Assembly: GCF_963555475.1 (NCBI RefSeq)
Contig: NZ_CAUVVR010000001.1
Reading direction: 5' to 3' (one strand)
Length of the DNA stretch: 64,000 nt
DNA from: an uncultured Selenomonas sp.
GTDB lineage: Bacteria > Bacillota > Negativicutes > Selenomonadales > Selenomonadaceae
Position numbers and translations under genes: made by a program. A model generated the notes under the pieces. It saw only the letters and a list, made by a program, of their open reading frames with translations, was not told the origin of the DNA and ran no database searches. This document shows, piece by piece, positions 51,412-61,227 of the stretch. Numbering within the stretch: position 1 is the first letter of the stretch; each line of letters opens with the position of its first letter.

Positions 51412-52397
51412 TGGAACATCTCTTGGATCTTTTATCTCCACAGCTGCGCATTCTGCTGACCATGGTGACAGCCCTTGCGATCGTTCTGTTCAGCGGGGTC
51501 TACTTTCTCCCCATGCTGCACCGGCTGAAATATGGGCAGAGCATCCGTGAGGAGGGGCCCGCGAGCCACCAGGCAAAGAGCGGAACGCCGACGATGGGCG
51601 GTGTGATGATCGTGCTCGCCGTGACCGCGGCGACGCTGCTCTTTGCGTCGCTCACGGTGACGACGCTGCTCGCGCTCTTCATCTTCCTCGGGCATTTCCT
51701 GCTCGGCTTTGCGGACGACTACATCAAGGTGGTCAAGAAGCGCAACCTTGGACTGCGTGCCTACCAGAAGCTGCTCGGGCAGCTCATCATCGCCTTCGTT
51801 ACGATCTTCATCGGGAGCACCCTGCTTGCACACGATACGAGTGTATGGGTGCCGCTTATGGGAGAGCGGATCGACATCGGTATCCTCTACTATGTGCTTG
51901 TCATCTTTGTGCTTGTCGGCACATCCAACGCGGTCAATCTGACCGATGGGCTCGACGGGCTCGCCTCAGGTACGGTCGCGGTGGCGGCACTCTTCTATGC
52001 AGTGCTCATGTACGGCGTAGATGGCGGGCTGATGGCGTTTTCGACGGCGATAATTGGTGCATGTATCGGTTTTTTGTGGTATAATCATCATCCGGCACGC
52101 ATCTTTATGGGCGACACGGGTTCGCTCGCACTCGGCGGCGCACTCGCGGGTGTGGCGATTCTCTCGCACACGGAGCTGCTGCTGCCCATCGTGGGATTCG
52201 TATTCTTCTGCGAGGCACTGTCCGTGATTTTGCAGGTCGCCTCGTTCCAGACGCGCGGCAAGCGCATCTTCCGCATGAGTCCGATTCATCACCACTTCGA
52301 GCTTGGCGGATGGAGCGAGACGCGTGTGGTCTATACGTTCTGGGCAGTCGGCGCGGCGGGGGCTCTTCTCGCATGGATTGTGGTGCTGCTTTCGTGA
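51411..52397 (+). CDS. mraY: Phospho-N-acetylmuramoyl-pentapeptide transferase
   Basis: Ten-TM-type profile, KSGTPTMGG, NAVNLTDGLDGLA, PARIFMGDTGS, HHHFE. Confidence 0.95.
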   Translation: MEHLLDLLSPQLRILLTMVTALAIVLFSGVYFLPMLHRLKYGQSIREEGPASHQAKSGTPTMGGVMIVLAVTAATLLFASLTVTTLLALFIFLGHFLLGFADDYIKVVKKRNLGLRAYQKLLGQLIIAFVTIFIGSTLLAHDTSVWVPLMGERIDIGILYYVLVIFVLVGTSNAVNLTDGLDGLASGTVAVAALFYAVLMYGVDGGLMAFSTAIIGACIGFLWYNHHPARIFMGDTGSLALGGALAGVAILSHTELLLPIVGFVFFCEALSVILQVASFQTRGKRIFRMSPIHHHFELGGWSETRVVYTFWAVGAAGALLAWIVVLLS

Positions 52398-52451
52398 AAG
52401 AATACACCTGCATACTCCACGCAAACACCTCGTTACACAAGCGATCGTGTG

Positions 52452-52690
52452 CTTATTCGCCTAAATACCTGCGGACTTCTTAAACGCGCTGCGCTTGAAC
52501 GAAAGAAATCCGCAGGGGGCGAAACGCACGAGCGGTCAACGTCATCCAATCACACTTCGCTTATGCTTGTGTTCTTGGGACGTTTTCCCATACGACCTGT
52601 TCCCCAATTAGCTTCGTCCTACGGACTTGCTTCTTGGACAGGTCAGTATTTACTCGCTTGCTCCACTAGGGTTTGCTTTGGAGTATCACA
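52452..52690 (+). repeat. Intergenic repeat element, long copy (A), between mraY and murD
   Basis: First ~78 nt align with 62904-62980 at roughly 80% identity, with exact blocks gcctaaatacctgcgga, cgcttgaacgaa and aaatccgcagggggc. The tail block cgcttgctYcactagggttYgct is also shared. Hairpin cctgcgga / tccgcagg at 52468-52475 / 52509-52516. Confidence 0.6.
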
Positions 52691-52737
52691 TGATATCCAT
52701 TTTTCATACATCACATATATAAGGAGGACACAGGGAA

Positions 52738-54120
52738 TTGTCCTATCACAATCAGTCTGCGCTCGTCATCGGGGCGGGAATCAGCGGCTTCGCGGCGGCA
52801 AAATACCTTGCGGCGGCGGGCGCACGCGTGACGCTCTCGGATGCGAAGGATGAGGCGGATGCGGAAAAAGATGCGGTAACGCAGCAGCATATCGAGGCTT
52901 TACGGGCGCAGGGAATCTCCTGCGTCTTTGGTGCACAAAGGGAAGAACTTCTGGACGGGACGGATCTTATCGTCCTTTCGCCCGCCGTGCCCGAGCGCAT
53001 TCCGCTTGTGCAGGCGGCACGCGCGCACGGCATCCGCGTCACGACAGAGGTAGAGCTTGCGGGAGAGATTGCGTCTGCGCCCATCTATGCCATCACGGGG
53101 ACGAACGGCAAGACGACCACGACGACCCTGCTCGGAGAACTCCTGCGTGCGCATTTCCCTGCAGTCGGTGTCGGCGGCAATATTGGCGTTCCACTGATCG
53201 ACGTGGCTCAGGAAACTCCTGCGGACGGCGCAATCGCGGCGGAGATCTCAAGCTACCAGATGGAAGCGACCACGCATTTTTACGCGCATATCGTCGCGGA
53301 GCTGAACGTAACCCCCGATCACATCGTCCGTCACGGCTCGATGGAGGTCTATCAGGCGATGAAGGAAAAGCTCTTCGCTGCGCAGACGGCGGACGACTTC
53401 CTCGTGCTGAACTATGACGACCCGCATACGCGCGGCATGGCAGAGCGTGCAAAGGGGAAGGTATGCTTCTTCAGCCGTCGCGAGGAACTGACGGAGGGGG
53501 CAACCGTGCGTGCAGACGGCATGATCGTTATCCGCTGGGACGGTGCGGAGCATATTCTTATTCGGACGGATGAACTCGGCATCCCGGGCGGACACAACAT
53601 CGAGAATGCGCTCGCGGCGGCGGCGATGGCTTTCCTCGCGGGCGTGACACCCGCCGAGATGCGTCCCGTTCTGTATTCGTTCAAGGGCGTGGAGCACCGT
53701 ATCGAGTTTGTGCGCACGCTGAACGACATCAACTACTACAACGATTCCAAGGCGACGAATACGGATTCGGCGATCAAGGCACTGGAGGCGTTCGATGGCC
53801 ATATCATCCTGATTGCAGGTGGCGATGACAAACTGACGGATCTTACGGAGTTTATGGCACTCGTGCACGCGCGTGTTGATGAACTCATCCTTGTCGGGGA
53901 TGCGACGGAGCGGTTCGCTGCGGCGGCAGTGGCCGCAGGGATTACGGCGGAACATATCCACCGTGCGGGCTATCACATGGAAGAGGCGGTGCGGATCGCG
54001 CATGAACTCGCCGCGCCGCCGCAGACTGTTCTGCTCTCCCCCGCGTGTGCGAGTTTTGATATGTACGGCGGCTATGAGGAGCGCGGGCGTGACTTCAAGA
54101 GGATCGTGAACGAGCTATGA
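52738..54120 (+). CDS. murD: UDP-MurNAc-L-alanine:D-glutamate ligase
   Basis: TTG start after AAGGAGGA. VIGAGISGFAAAKYL Rossmann N-terminus, AITGTNGKTTTT, typical MurD C-terminus SPACASFDMY. Confidence 0.93.
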   Translation: MSYHNQSALVIGAGISGFAAAKYLAAAGARVTLSDAKDEADAEKDAVTQQHIEALRAQGISCVFGAQREELLDGTDLIVLSPAVPERIPLVQAARAHGIRVTTEVELAGEIASAPIYAITGTNGKTTTTTLLGELLRAHFPAVGVGGNIGVPLIDVAQETPADGAIAAEISSYQMEATTHFYAHIVAELNVTPDHIVRHGSMEVYQAMKEKLFAAQTADDFLVLNYDDPHTRGMAERAKGKVCFFSRREELTEGATVRADGMIVIRWDGAEHILIRTDELGIPGGHNIENALAAAAMAFLAGVTPAEMRPVLYSFKGVEHRIEFVRTLNDINYYNDSKATNTDSAIKALEAFDGHIILIAGGDDKLTDLTEFMALVHARVDELILVGDATERFAAAAVAAGITAEHIHRAGYHMEEAVRIAHELAAPPQTVLLSPACASFDMYGGYEERGRDFKRIVNEL

Positions 54121-55229
54121 ACATCATCGTATCCGGCGGCGGGACGGGCGGACACATCTATCCCGCGCTCACGATCATCCGTGCCATTCAGCGGCGCGAG
54201 CCGTCCGCACGCATCCTCTACGTCGGCGGACGCAATGGGCTTGAGGCGGACATCGTCCCGCGCGAGGGCATTGACTTCATCGCAATGGATCTTGCGGGCT
54301 TTCAGCGTACTATTTCCATCGAGAACATCAGCCGCGCATGGCGTGCTTTGCGTGCGGTTGCGCGTGCACGCGGCATTGTGCACGGATTTCGTCCCGATGT
54401 CGCCATTGGGACGGGCGGCTACGTCGCGGGACCGATCCTGCTTGCGGCGAGTCTGGCGGGCGTGCCGACCCTCGTGCAGGAGCAGAATGTCTTCGCGGGC
54501 GTGACGAATCGCATTCTCGCAAAGTTTGCGACGGCAATCGCCGTCGGCATGGAGGACGCACAGCGTGTATTTCCAAAGGAAAAGACCTATGTGACGGGCA
54601 ATCCGATCCGCCCCGAAGTGCTGACAGCGACGCGTGCGGAGGGAGCGAGGGCGTTCGGGTTCGACCCCGTGAAAAAGACCGTACTCGTCTCGGGCGGCAG
54701 CCGTGGGGCGCGTTCGATCAACCGTGCAATGGTCGAGGTCATCGTGCACGCGGCAGAGCAGCGTGAGGTGCAGTACCTCCATGTGACGGGTGCAGACGAG
54801 CATGGAGACACGCTTGCCCGCATTCGCAGTGCGGGTGTGCGGCTTGAGGAGCATCCGCATCTGCGCGTTCTGCCGTATCTCTACAATATGCCGGAGGCCA
54901 TGGCGATGGCGGATGTCGCCGTCTTTCGTGCGGGCGCAACGGGGCTTGCGGAACTCGCGGCACGGGGGGTGCCCGCGATCCTCATCCCATATCCGTACGC
55001 AGCGGAGAACCATCAGGAGAAGAATGCGCGTGCGATGGAGGCGGTGGGCGCGGCAGAGGTCATCCTCAACCGCGACCTGAGCGGAGATGTGCTCAGAGAG
55101 GCACTACGGAGGATGCTTGCGGACGATGCACGCCGCGCGGATATGGCAGCGGCGATGAAGCGTCTCGGAAAGCCCGAGGCGGCAGAGGAAATTGCGGCAC
55201 TTGCGCTGCGGATTTGTAAAGAAGGGTGA
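54117..55229 (+). CDS. murG: Lipid I N-acetylglucosamine transferase MurG
   Basis: GGGTGGHIYPAL, ...GGSRGARSIN..., ...RAGATGLAEL...PYPYAAENHQEKNA. Confidence 0.93.
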   Translation: MNIIVSGGGTGGHIYPALTIIRAIQRREPSARILYVGGRNGLEADIVPREGIDFIAMDLAGFQRTISIENISRAWRALRAVARARGIVHGFRPDVAIGTGGYVAGPILLAASLAGVPTLVQEQNVFAGVTNRILAKFATAIAVGMEDAQRVFPKEKTYVTGNPIRPEVLTATRAEGARAFGFDPVKKTVLVSGGSRGARSINRAMVEVIVHAAEQREVQYLHVTGADEHGDTLARIRSAGVRLEEHPHLRVLPYLYNMPEAMAMADVAVFRAGATGLAELAARGVPAILIPYPYAAENHQEKNARAMEAVGAAEVILNRDLSGDVLREALRRMLADDARRADMAAAMKRLGKPEAAEEIAALALRICKEG

Positions 55230-57565
55230 GAGCGTTGCTCAAGGACTTGAAGGGGATTCACAACATACATTTTGTCGGCATCGGCGGTGCAGGGATGAGT
55301 CCGCTCGCAAAAATTCTCCTCCTGCTCGGCTACAACGTCTCCGGCTCCGATCAGGGCACATCGCCCATCATCGAGGAGCTGGTGCGTCTTGGCGCGCGTG
55401 TGTGGACGGACGGACAGCGTGCGGAGAATGTGCGCGGCGCGGATGCGATCGTCGTCTCCACGGCGATTCCCTATGACAACCCCGAGGTGATTGCGGCGTG
55501 GGATCTGCGCATCCCGAAGCTGCACCGTTCGGACATCAATGCTGCACTCGTCAACGAGTATGATGGCATTGCGGTCGCGGGCTCGCACGGCAAGACAACG
55601 ACCACCTCCATGATCGGGGTGACGCTCGACCGCGTGGGCGTGTCCCCGACGATCATCGTCGGCGGTGAGGTGCCCGACCTCGGCACGAACGCGAAGCTTG
55701 GCACGAGCCGCTACCTTGTCTCCGAGGCGGACGAGAGCGACGGCTCCTTCCTCAAGCTGCGTCCGCATGTCGCCGTCGTGACGAATGTCGAAGACGATCA
55801 CATGGATCACTACGGCACGATGGAGAAGATCATCGCCGCGTTCCGCACTTTCATCGACCAGGTGGACGAGGACGGGACGGCAATTCTCTGCTTTGAAAAT
55901 GAAATTCTGCGAAATCTCGCGGCAGAGACGAAACGCCGCGTGATTTCCTATGCCATCGATCAGGAGGCGGACTACCGTGCGGCGGATATCGAGACGCACG
56001 GTGCAATCATCTCCTTCACCGTGTTCGAGCGTGGTGCGGAGCTGGGGCGTATTTCCCTCAACATCCCGGGGCGGCACAACGTTCTCAATGCGCTCGCCTG
56101 CGTCGCCGTTGCACGGCTTGCAGAAGTTTCATTTGCACAAATCCAAGATGCGCTCGCGGGATTCCACGGGGCAAAACGCCGCTTCCAGACGAAGGGAAAG
56201 GAACGTGGTGTCTGGGTCGTGGACGACTATGCACATCACCCGACGGAGATCGCTGTGACGCTCACGGCGGCGCGTGCGACGAACCCAACGCGGCTTATCT
56301 GTGTCTTCCAACCGCACCGCTACTCACGTACGAATCTCCTGCGCGCGGAGTTCGGTACGTGCTTTGCCGCCGCCGACCTGCTCCTCCTCACCGATGTCTA
56401 CGCGGCGGGCGAGGCACCGATCCCCGGTGTCAGCGGCGAGACGCTGATGGAGGAGGTCGCAAAGCAGACGGGACAGGATGCGGTCTATCTGCCGGAGCGT
56501 GCCGACCTTGAGCGGTATCTTGCACAGCACGTCCGTGCGGGTGATCTCGTCATCACGATGGGGGCGGGCAACATCCTGGAGGTCGGAGAGACGCTTGTGG
56601 AGCAGCTGAAAAATGGAACGGCGGGCACGGGGGAACGTCCGATCGTCGTCGTTATGGGAGGCCCCTCCACCGAGGCTGAGGTGTCGCGCCGCTCGGGCAC
56701 AGCGATCCTCGATGCCCTGCGGAAAAAGGGCTACCCCGCCCTTGGCATGGAACTCGTACCAACGACATTTGCCGAGGAGATTCAAAAACTGAACCCCGCA
56801 ATCGTTTTCAATGCGCTGCATGGGAAATACGGTGAGGACGGCATCCTGCAGGGGACGCTTGATATGCTCGGGATTCCCTATACGGGTTCAGGTGTGCGTG
56901 CTGCCGCGCTCACGATGGATAAGCTGACGGCGAAGCGGATCTTTTGTGCGGAGGGGATTGCAACCCCTCGTTTCCGCTGCATATCCAAGGCGGAGCGGGA
57001 TGTATATACGGCGGAGCTCATCCGCACGGAGTTTGGGCTGCCCGTTGTCGTCAAAGCCCCCGAGCAGGGATCGAGCATCGGGGTCTACATCGTGACACGA
57101 GAGGAAGATTTGCAGAGCGCAATCGACGAGGCTTTCACCTATGGCAATGAGGTGCTCGTCGAGGAATTTATCGAGGGGCGCGAGCTGACTGTCGCCGTCT
57201 GGGGAACCCCCGCAGATGCACAGGCACTGCCCGTCATCGAGATTACGACGACCTCGGGTCGCTACGACTACGCGAGCAAGTATACGCCGGGGGCTTCGGC
57301 ACACATCGTACCGGCGGAGCTTTCGCCGGAGTGCACGGCAACTGTGCAGGATCTCGCCGTTCGTGCTTTCCATGCGTGTGGCTGCGCCGGGGTGGCGCGT
57401 CTGGATGTTATGCTGAGCGAGGGGGGCGAGCCGTATGCGATCGAGGTCAATGCCGTGCCGGGCATGACGGCGACCTCGCTTGTACCTGATGCCGCACGTG
57501 CGATTGGGATCGAGTTCCCTGAACTCTGCGAGAAGATCCTTGCGATGGCGGGATATCGGCAATGA
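55226..57565 (+). CDS. murC-ddl: Fused UDP-MurNAc:L-alanine ligase / D-alanine:D-alanine ligase (MurC-Ddl)
   Basis: One 779-aa ORF. MurC part: HFVGIGGAGMSPLA, AVAGSHGKTTTT, DDYAHHPTE, to ~aa 460. After a short linker from ~aa 470 (nt ~56633), Ddl part: IVVVMGGPSTEAEVSRRSG..., EQGSSIGV, EVNAVPGMT. No stop or frame change at the junction. Confidence 0.9.
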   Translation: MRALLKDLKGIHNIHFVGIGGAGMSPLAKILLLLGYNVSGSDQGTSPIIEELVRLGARVWTDGQRAENVRGADAIVVSTAIPYDNPEVIAAWDLRIPKLHRSDINAALVNEYDGIAVAGSHGKTTTTSMIGVTLDRVGVSPTIIVGGEVPDLGTNAKLGTSRYLVSEADESDGSFLKLRPHVAVVTNVEDDHMDHYGTMEKIIAAFRTFIDQVDEDGTAILCFENEILRNLAAETKRRVISYAIDQEADYRAADIETHGAIISFTVFERGAELGRISLNIPGRHNVLNALACVAVARLAEVSFAQIQDALAGFHGAKRRFQTKGKERGVWVVDDYAHHPTEIAVTLTAARATNPTRLICVFQPHRYSRTNLLRAEFGTCFAAADLLLLTDVYAAGEAPIPGVSGETLMEEVAKQTGQDAVYLPERADLERYLAQHVRAGDLVITMGAGNILEVGETLVEQLKNGTAGTGERPIVVVMGGPSTEAEVSRRSGTAILDALRKKGYPALGMELVPTTFAEEIQKLNPAIVFNALHGKYGEDGILQGTLDMLGIPYTGSGVRAAALTMDKLTAKRIFCAEGIATPRFRCISKAERDVYTAELIRTEFGLPVVVKAPEQGSSIGVYIVTREEDLQSAIDEAFTYGNEVLVEEFIEGRELTVAVWGTPADAQALPVIEITTTSGRYDYASKYTPGASAHIVPAELSPECTATVQDLAVRAFHACGCAGVARLDVMLSEGGEPYAIEVNAVPGMTATSLVPDAARAIGIEFPELCEKILAMAGYRQ

Positions 57566-58290
57566 GTTCACGCCGCGTTTTAAAGGGAACGTTCTACCTC
57601 CTCAGTGCCGCTGCAATCATCGCCGTCCTCGTCTATTCACCGCTCTTTACCTTTCAGCAGCTCATCGTGCATGGCAACGTGCATTTGGATGAGACGGAGC
57701 TCTGCGAGATCGCGCGCATCCATTACGGGGAACGGCTATTTGAGGTCAAGACGGATGCCATCACAACAAACCTGCTGCACGATCTGCGCATCGAGTCCGC
57801 CGTTGTGCGGCGACAGTTGCCCAACAGGATTGAGATGGAGATTGTGGAGCGCATTCCTGTTGCCACTGTTGCATGTGATTATGGTTATTTGGATTTTGAT
57901 CGGCAGGGCAAGGTCATCGCCAGCTACCGTTCGCTCAAGGGGGCGGACATCCCCATCATCACGGGCGTAAAGCTGCGCGATCTCTACATCGGGGACGACA
58001 ACGACAATGCGCAGGTCGCGCAGGTTATCACTTTCCTCAGCAGGATTGATCCTGCCGACATCGGGCAGATCTCCGAGGTCAATATCACCGTGCCAACCGC
58101 CGTTGTTGCCTATACAAAGACCGCTCTGCCGATTCGTCTCGGACAGCTCGAGGGCATTCCGGGCAAGGCGGGGCTTACACAGGATTTTTTACAGGATCAA
58201 AAGACCACGCGCCATACGGTCGAGTACGTCGACTTTAGCTATGACGCGCCATTCATCAAACTTGCGGATAAAGTTACAGAGGGAAAGTAA
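57562..58290 (+). CDS. ftsQ: Cell division protein FtsQ/DivIB
   Basis: N-terminal TM (FYLLSAAAIIAVLVY), POTRA-like segment (IVHGNVHLDETELCEIA...) and FtsQ-type C-terminal domain. Confidence 0.85.
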   Translation: MSSRRVLKGTFYLLSAAAIIAVLVYSPLFTFQQLIVHGNVHLDETELCEIARIHYGERLFEVKTDAITTNLLHDLRIESAVVRRQLPNRIEMEIVERIPVATVACDYGYLDFDRQGKVIASYRSLKGADIPIITGVKLRDLYIGDDNDNAQVAQVITFLSRIDPADIGQISEVNITVPTAVVAYTKTALPIRLGQLEGIPGKAGLTQDFLQDQKTTRHTVEYVDFSYDAPFIKLADKVTEGK

Positions 58291-58992
58291 ATGAAACAAT
58301 TCTGGCAGGGCGGGTGGCTCATTGCCCTCGTCTGCGTCCTGATCGGATTTATGATTGCCGTGCAGTTTCGTACGGCACAGGACGGGAAAGGGAGTCTTTC
58401 GCAGCAGCGCATCGAGGAAATCTCTGACCGTCTGCTTCAGACGGAGCACGAGCGTGACGAGCTCGGCGAGGAGCTGCGTAAGATGCAGGCGGCAGCCGCC
58501 AACACGGAGAATCAGCAGGATCGGGAAATGCTGCGCTACCGCGCTGCACTTGTCCCCCTTGAGGGGGAGGGGGTCATCGTACGCATGGATGACAGCACAA
58601 AGCCTGTAAAGAGTGGAGAAAATCCGAACCTCTACGTCATCCATGATGACGACCTCCTGCGTGTCATCAACGAACTGCGTGCGGCGGGAGCGGAGGCAAT
58701 CTCCGTCAATGGACAGCGGCTTACGGGTATTTCCGAGATCCGCTGCGCGGGACCGACGCTCTCGGTCAACAACGTGCGCTCGTCTGCTCCGTTTGAGATC
58801 CGAGCAATCGGGGATAAAAAGTCGCTTGAGAACTCGCTGCGTATGCGCGGAGGTGTGGTCGAGACATTGAGCGTCTGGGGCATCCAGCTCGACATCAAGG
58901 TGAGCGATGATGTCTACATTCCGCCCTATCGCGGGAGTATCCGTCAGAGCTACGCACGCGAGACCAAGGAGCGCGAGGAGGGAAGCAAATGA
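58291..58992 (+). CDS. DUF881 (YlxW/YlxX-like) division-cluster protein
   Basis: N-terminal TM, coiled coil, then GEGVIVRMDDS...IHDDDLLRVINELRAAGAEAISVNGQRL...GPTLSVN, typical of DUF881. Confidence 0.8.
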   Translation: MKQFWQGGWLIALVCVLIGFMIAVQFRTAQDGKGSLSQQRIEEISDRLLQTEHERDELGEELRKMQAAAANTENQQDREMLRYRAALVPLEGEGVIVRMDDSTKPVKSGENPNLYVIHDDDLLRVINELRAAGAEAISVNGQRLTGISEIRCAGPTLSVNNVRSSAPFEIRAIGDKKSLENSLRMRGGVVETLSVWGIQLDIKVSDDVYIPPYRGSIRQSYARETKEREEGSK

Positions 58993-59339
58993 TCTACATC
59001 GTTATTGTGAGCCTCGTGATCGGTCTCCTCATCGGCTATAACAGTCCGATTGTCATTCCGCTTGCCTACACAAAACTCTTTTCCGTCGCGCTTGTCGCTG
59101 CGTTGGATGCGGCATTCGGCGGTCTTCGGGCGGCGGTGGCGGAGCGCTTTGACAAGCACGTTTTTGTCACGGGGTTCTTTTCAAATACCCTGCTTGCGGC
59201 GGCACTCGTCTTTATCGGTGACCGCCTCGGCATCGACCTCTACTACGTCGCGCTGCTTGCGTTCGGCTTCCGCATCTTCAAGAACCTCGCGATCCTGCGC
59301 CGCTATCTGCTCAAGGACTATCGTGACGGTGCACAGTGA
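58989..59339 (+). CDS. sbp: Small basic protein Sbp (DUF1290)
   Basis: 116 aa. Multi-TM, LDAAFGGLRA...FVTGFFSN...IDLYYVALLAFGFRIFKNLAILRR. Canonical position upstream of ftsZ in Firmicutes. Confidence 0.8.
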   Translation: MIYIVIVSLVIGLLIGYNSPIVIPLAYTKLFSVALVAALDAAFGGLRAAVAERFDKHVFVTGFFSNTLLAAALVFIGDRLGIDLYYVALLAFGFRIFKNLAILRRYLLKDYRDGAQ

Positions 59340-59506
59340 CCGCCTTTGCTATGGACTCCATTTCTTTTCTTAGTAGGAAAATCGTATCCGTTTTATCGGT
59401 GGTTCTCTAAAATTTTTTCTCTGCTATGGAAATATATTGATTTTCATGGTAAAATATGCGAGGACAATTATTATTTATTGATAGAGAAGCTTGATGTAAA
59501 TACGAT

Positions 59507-60763
59507 ATGGAGGCTGAAGCTGTGTTCGAAATGGATGATAACTTTGAGGAACTCGCAAAGATCATCGTTGTCGGTGTGGGCGGTGGCGGCGGCAACGCGG
59601 TAAATAATATGATCGACTCCGGCCTGCAGGGCGTTGAATTTGTTGCGATCAATACGGATGCACAGGCCCTCCTGAAGGCAAAGGCGGCAGTGCGCATTCA
59701 GATCGGCGGGAAGAGCACGCGCGGGCTTGGAGCAGGGGCACGCCCCGAGATTGGCGAGAAGGCGGCAATGGAGAGCCGCGATCAGATTGTCGAGGCTCTG
59801 CGGGGCGCAGATATGGTCTTTATCACCGCCGGTATGGGCGGCGGCACGGGCACGGGTGCTGCTCCGGTTGTTGCCGAGTGTGCACGTGAGCTCGGTGCAC
59901 TCACTGTTGCTGTTGTCACGCGGCCCTTCTCCTACGAAGGAATGACGCGTGCACATAATGCCGATTTGGGCATTACAAACCTGCAGCAGCACGTCGACAC
60001 CATTATCACGATTCCGAACGACCGTCTCATGAAAATCATCGACAAAAGTACGCCCGTGACCGAGGCGTTCAGCAAGGTCGACAATGTGCTCTGGCAGGGT
60101 GTTAAGGGGATTACCGATCTCATCACGAATCAGGGCGTTGTCAACCTCGACTTCGCAGACGTTCAGACAACGATGGCAAACGGCGGCGCAGCGATCATGG
60201 GGATCGGCGAAGCACGCGGCGAGGGCGCATCCGTTGCGGCGGCAAAGGCGGCGATTGAGTCGCCGCTCCTTGAGACCAGCATCGAGGGAGCGACATCCGT
60301 CATCATGAACTTCACCGGCTCGAAGAACCTCAGTATGTTCGAGGTCAACGAGGCATCCGAGTGGCTGAACAGCGTCATCATGAATGCGACGAACGGGCGT
60401 CAGGCAAACATCATTTGGGGCATCGGCGTGGATGAGAACCTCGAGGACAGTGTGCGCGTCACCGTTGTTGCTACAGGCTTTGGTCTTACGGACAGCAGTG
60501 TTGGCGGTACGAGTGAACCTGATCTTGGACTCGGTGCAGACTGGATCTCTATGCCGGGGCTCGGCGGTGCGTCCGTAGCACCAAAGACTCCTCCAACCGC
60601 TCAGCCTGCACAGCCGCAGGCACAGGCACGTCCCGCTGCAGCAATCGTTCCCCCGAATCTTGGCACTGCGGCAAACAATCGCCGTATGAATGTTGTAGAG
60701 ACAGATGCAGGCGTAACAGACGAGGGCGTTATAAACATCCCGCCATGGATGCGTCGTCGCTAA
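59507..60763 (+). CDS. ftsZ: Cell division GTPase FtsZ
   Basis: [37 protein letters not shown], disordered Pro/Ala/Gln linker and C-terminal peptide [10 protein letters not shown]. The start may be ATG 59507 or GTG 59522 (8 nt after GGAGG). Confidence 0.95.
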   Translation: MEAEAVFEMDDNFEELAKIIVVGVGGGGGNAVNNMIDSGLQGVEFVAINTDAQALLKAKAAVRIQIGGKSTRGLGAGARPEIGEKAAMESRDQIVEALRGADMVFITAGMGGGTGTGAAPVVAECARELGALTVAVVTRPFSYEGMTRAHNADLGITNLQQHVDTIITIPNDRLMKIIDKSTPVTEAFSKVDNVLWQGVKGITDLITNQGVVNLDFADVQTTMANGGAAIMGIGEARGEGASVAAAKAAIESPLLETSIEGATSVIMNFTGSKNLSMFEVNEASEWLNSVIMNATNGRQANIIWGIGVDENLEDSVRVTVVATGFGLTDSSVGGTSEPDLGLGADWISMPGLGGASVAPKTPPTAQPAQPQAQARPAAAIVPPNLGTAANNRRMNVVETDAGVTDEGVINIPPWMRRR

Positions 60764-60831
60764 GGAATCGACTGGTAAAATGAAGTCGTCAAGATGGCGG
60801 TGCTGAAGTTATCAGTGCTTCCTTAAATACT

Positions 60832-60861
60832 AAAAAAACACCGCCATGCGGTGTTTTTTTG
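60832..60861. terminator. Bidirectional terminator between ftsZ and aroH
   Basis: A7-acaccgc-cat-gcggtgt-T8. Symmetric A/T runs let it serve both convergent transcripts. Confidence 0.8.
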
Positions 60862-60867
60862 TGCAGG

Positions 60868-61224
60868 TTATTCAAGGTCGGGACGAAGTTTTGCCGCTGC
60901 ACGCAGATAGACATGGTGAATGTCTTTCTGAGCTGCATCCGTGTTGACGAGGAGGAGAACCCGGATGCAGTGTGGGAGGCTGTCGTCGATGGCACATTGA
61001 CGCGCGTCAAAGAGTGGAACGAGGTCAAATCCTGCAATATGGCGCACGGCCGTTGTCGGGAATGCCGCTGTCAGATCCTCGGTGACACTGAAAATTGCTG
61101 CGCCAATGTCAGCAGGAGAAACATCATTGGTACGCAGAAGCTCCGTCATTAGTTCCTGTGCCGCCTGCCAGATCTCTTCTTTGTCATTGCGCCCGACGGT
61201 GATGGCGCCGCGTATACCGCGCAT
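60868..61224 (-). CDS. aroH: Chorismate mutase, AroH type
   Basis: MRGIRGAITV...SVTEDLTAAFPTTAVR...CIRVLLLVNTD...HVYLRAAAKLRPDL is collinear with B. subtilis AroH as I recall it. Confidence 0.85.
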   Translation of the reverse strand: MRGIRGAITVGRNDKEEIWQAAQELMTELLRTNDVSPADIGAAIFSVTEDLTAAFPTTAVRHIAGFDLVPLFDARQCAIDDSLPHCIRVLLLVNTDAAQKDIHHVYLRAAAKLRPDLE

Positions 61225-61227
61225 ACT

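Noticed and set aside
52449-52853. 134-aa ORF running from the mraY-murD gap into murD
   Set aside because: It begins inside the repeat element, has no RBS and overlaps the well-defined murD start. I interpret it as a chance open frame.
59340-59506. Dedicated ftsZ promoter in the AT-rich sbp-ftsZ spacer
   Set aside because: A TGgTAAAAT extended -10-like motif is present near 59447-59455, but no acceptable -35 lies at 16-18 nt. That is too weak to call without transcript data.
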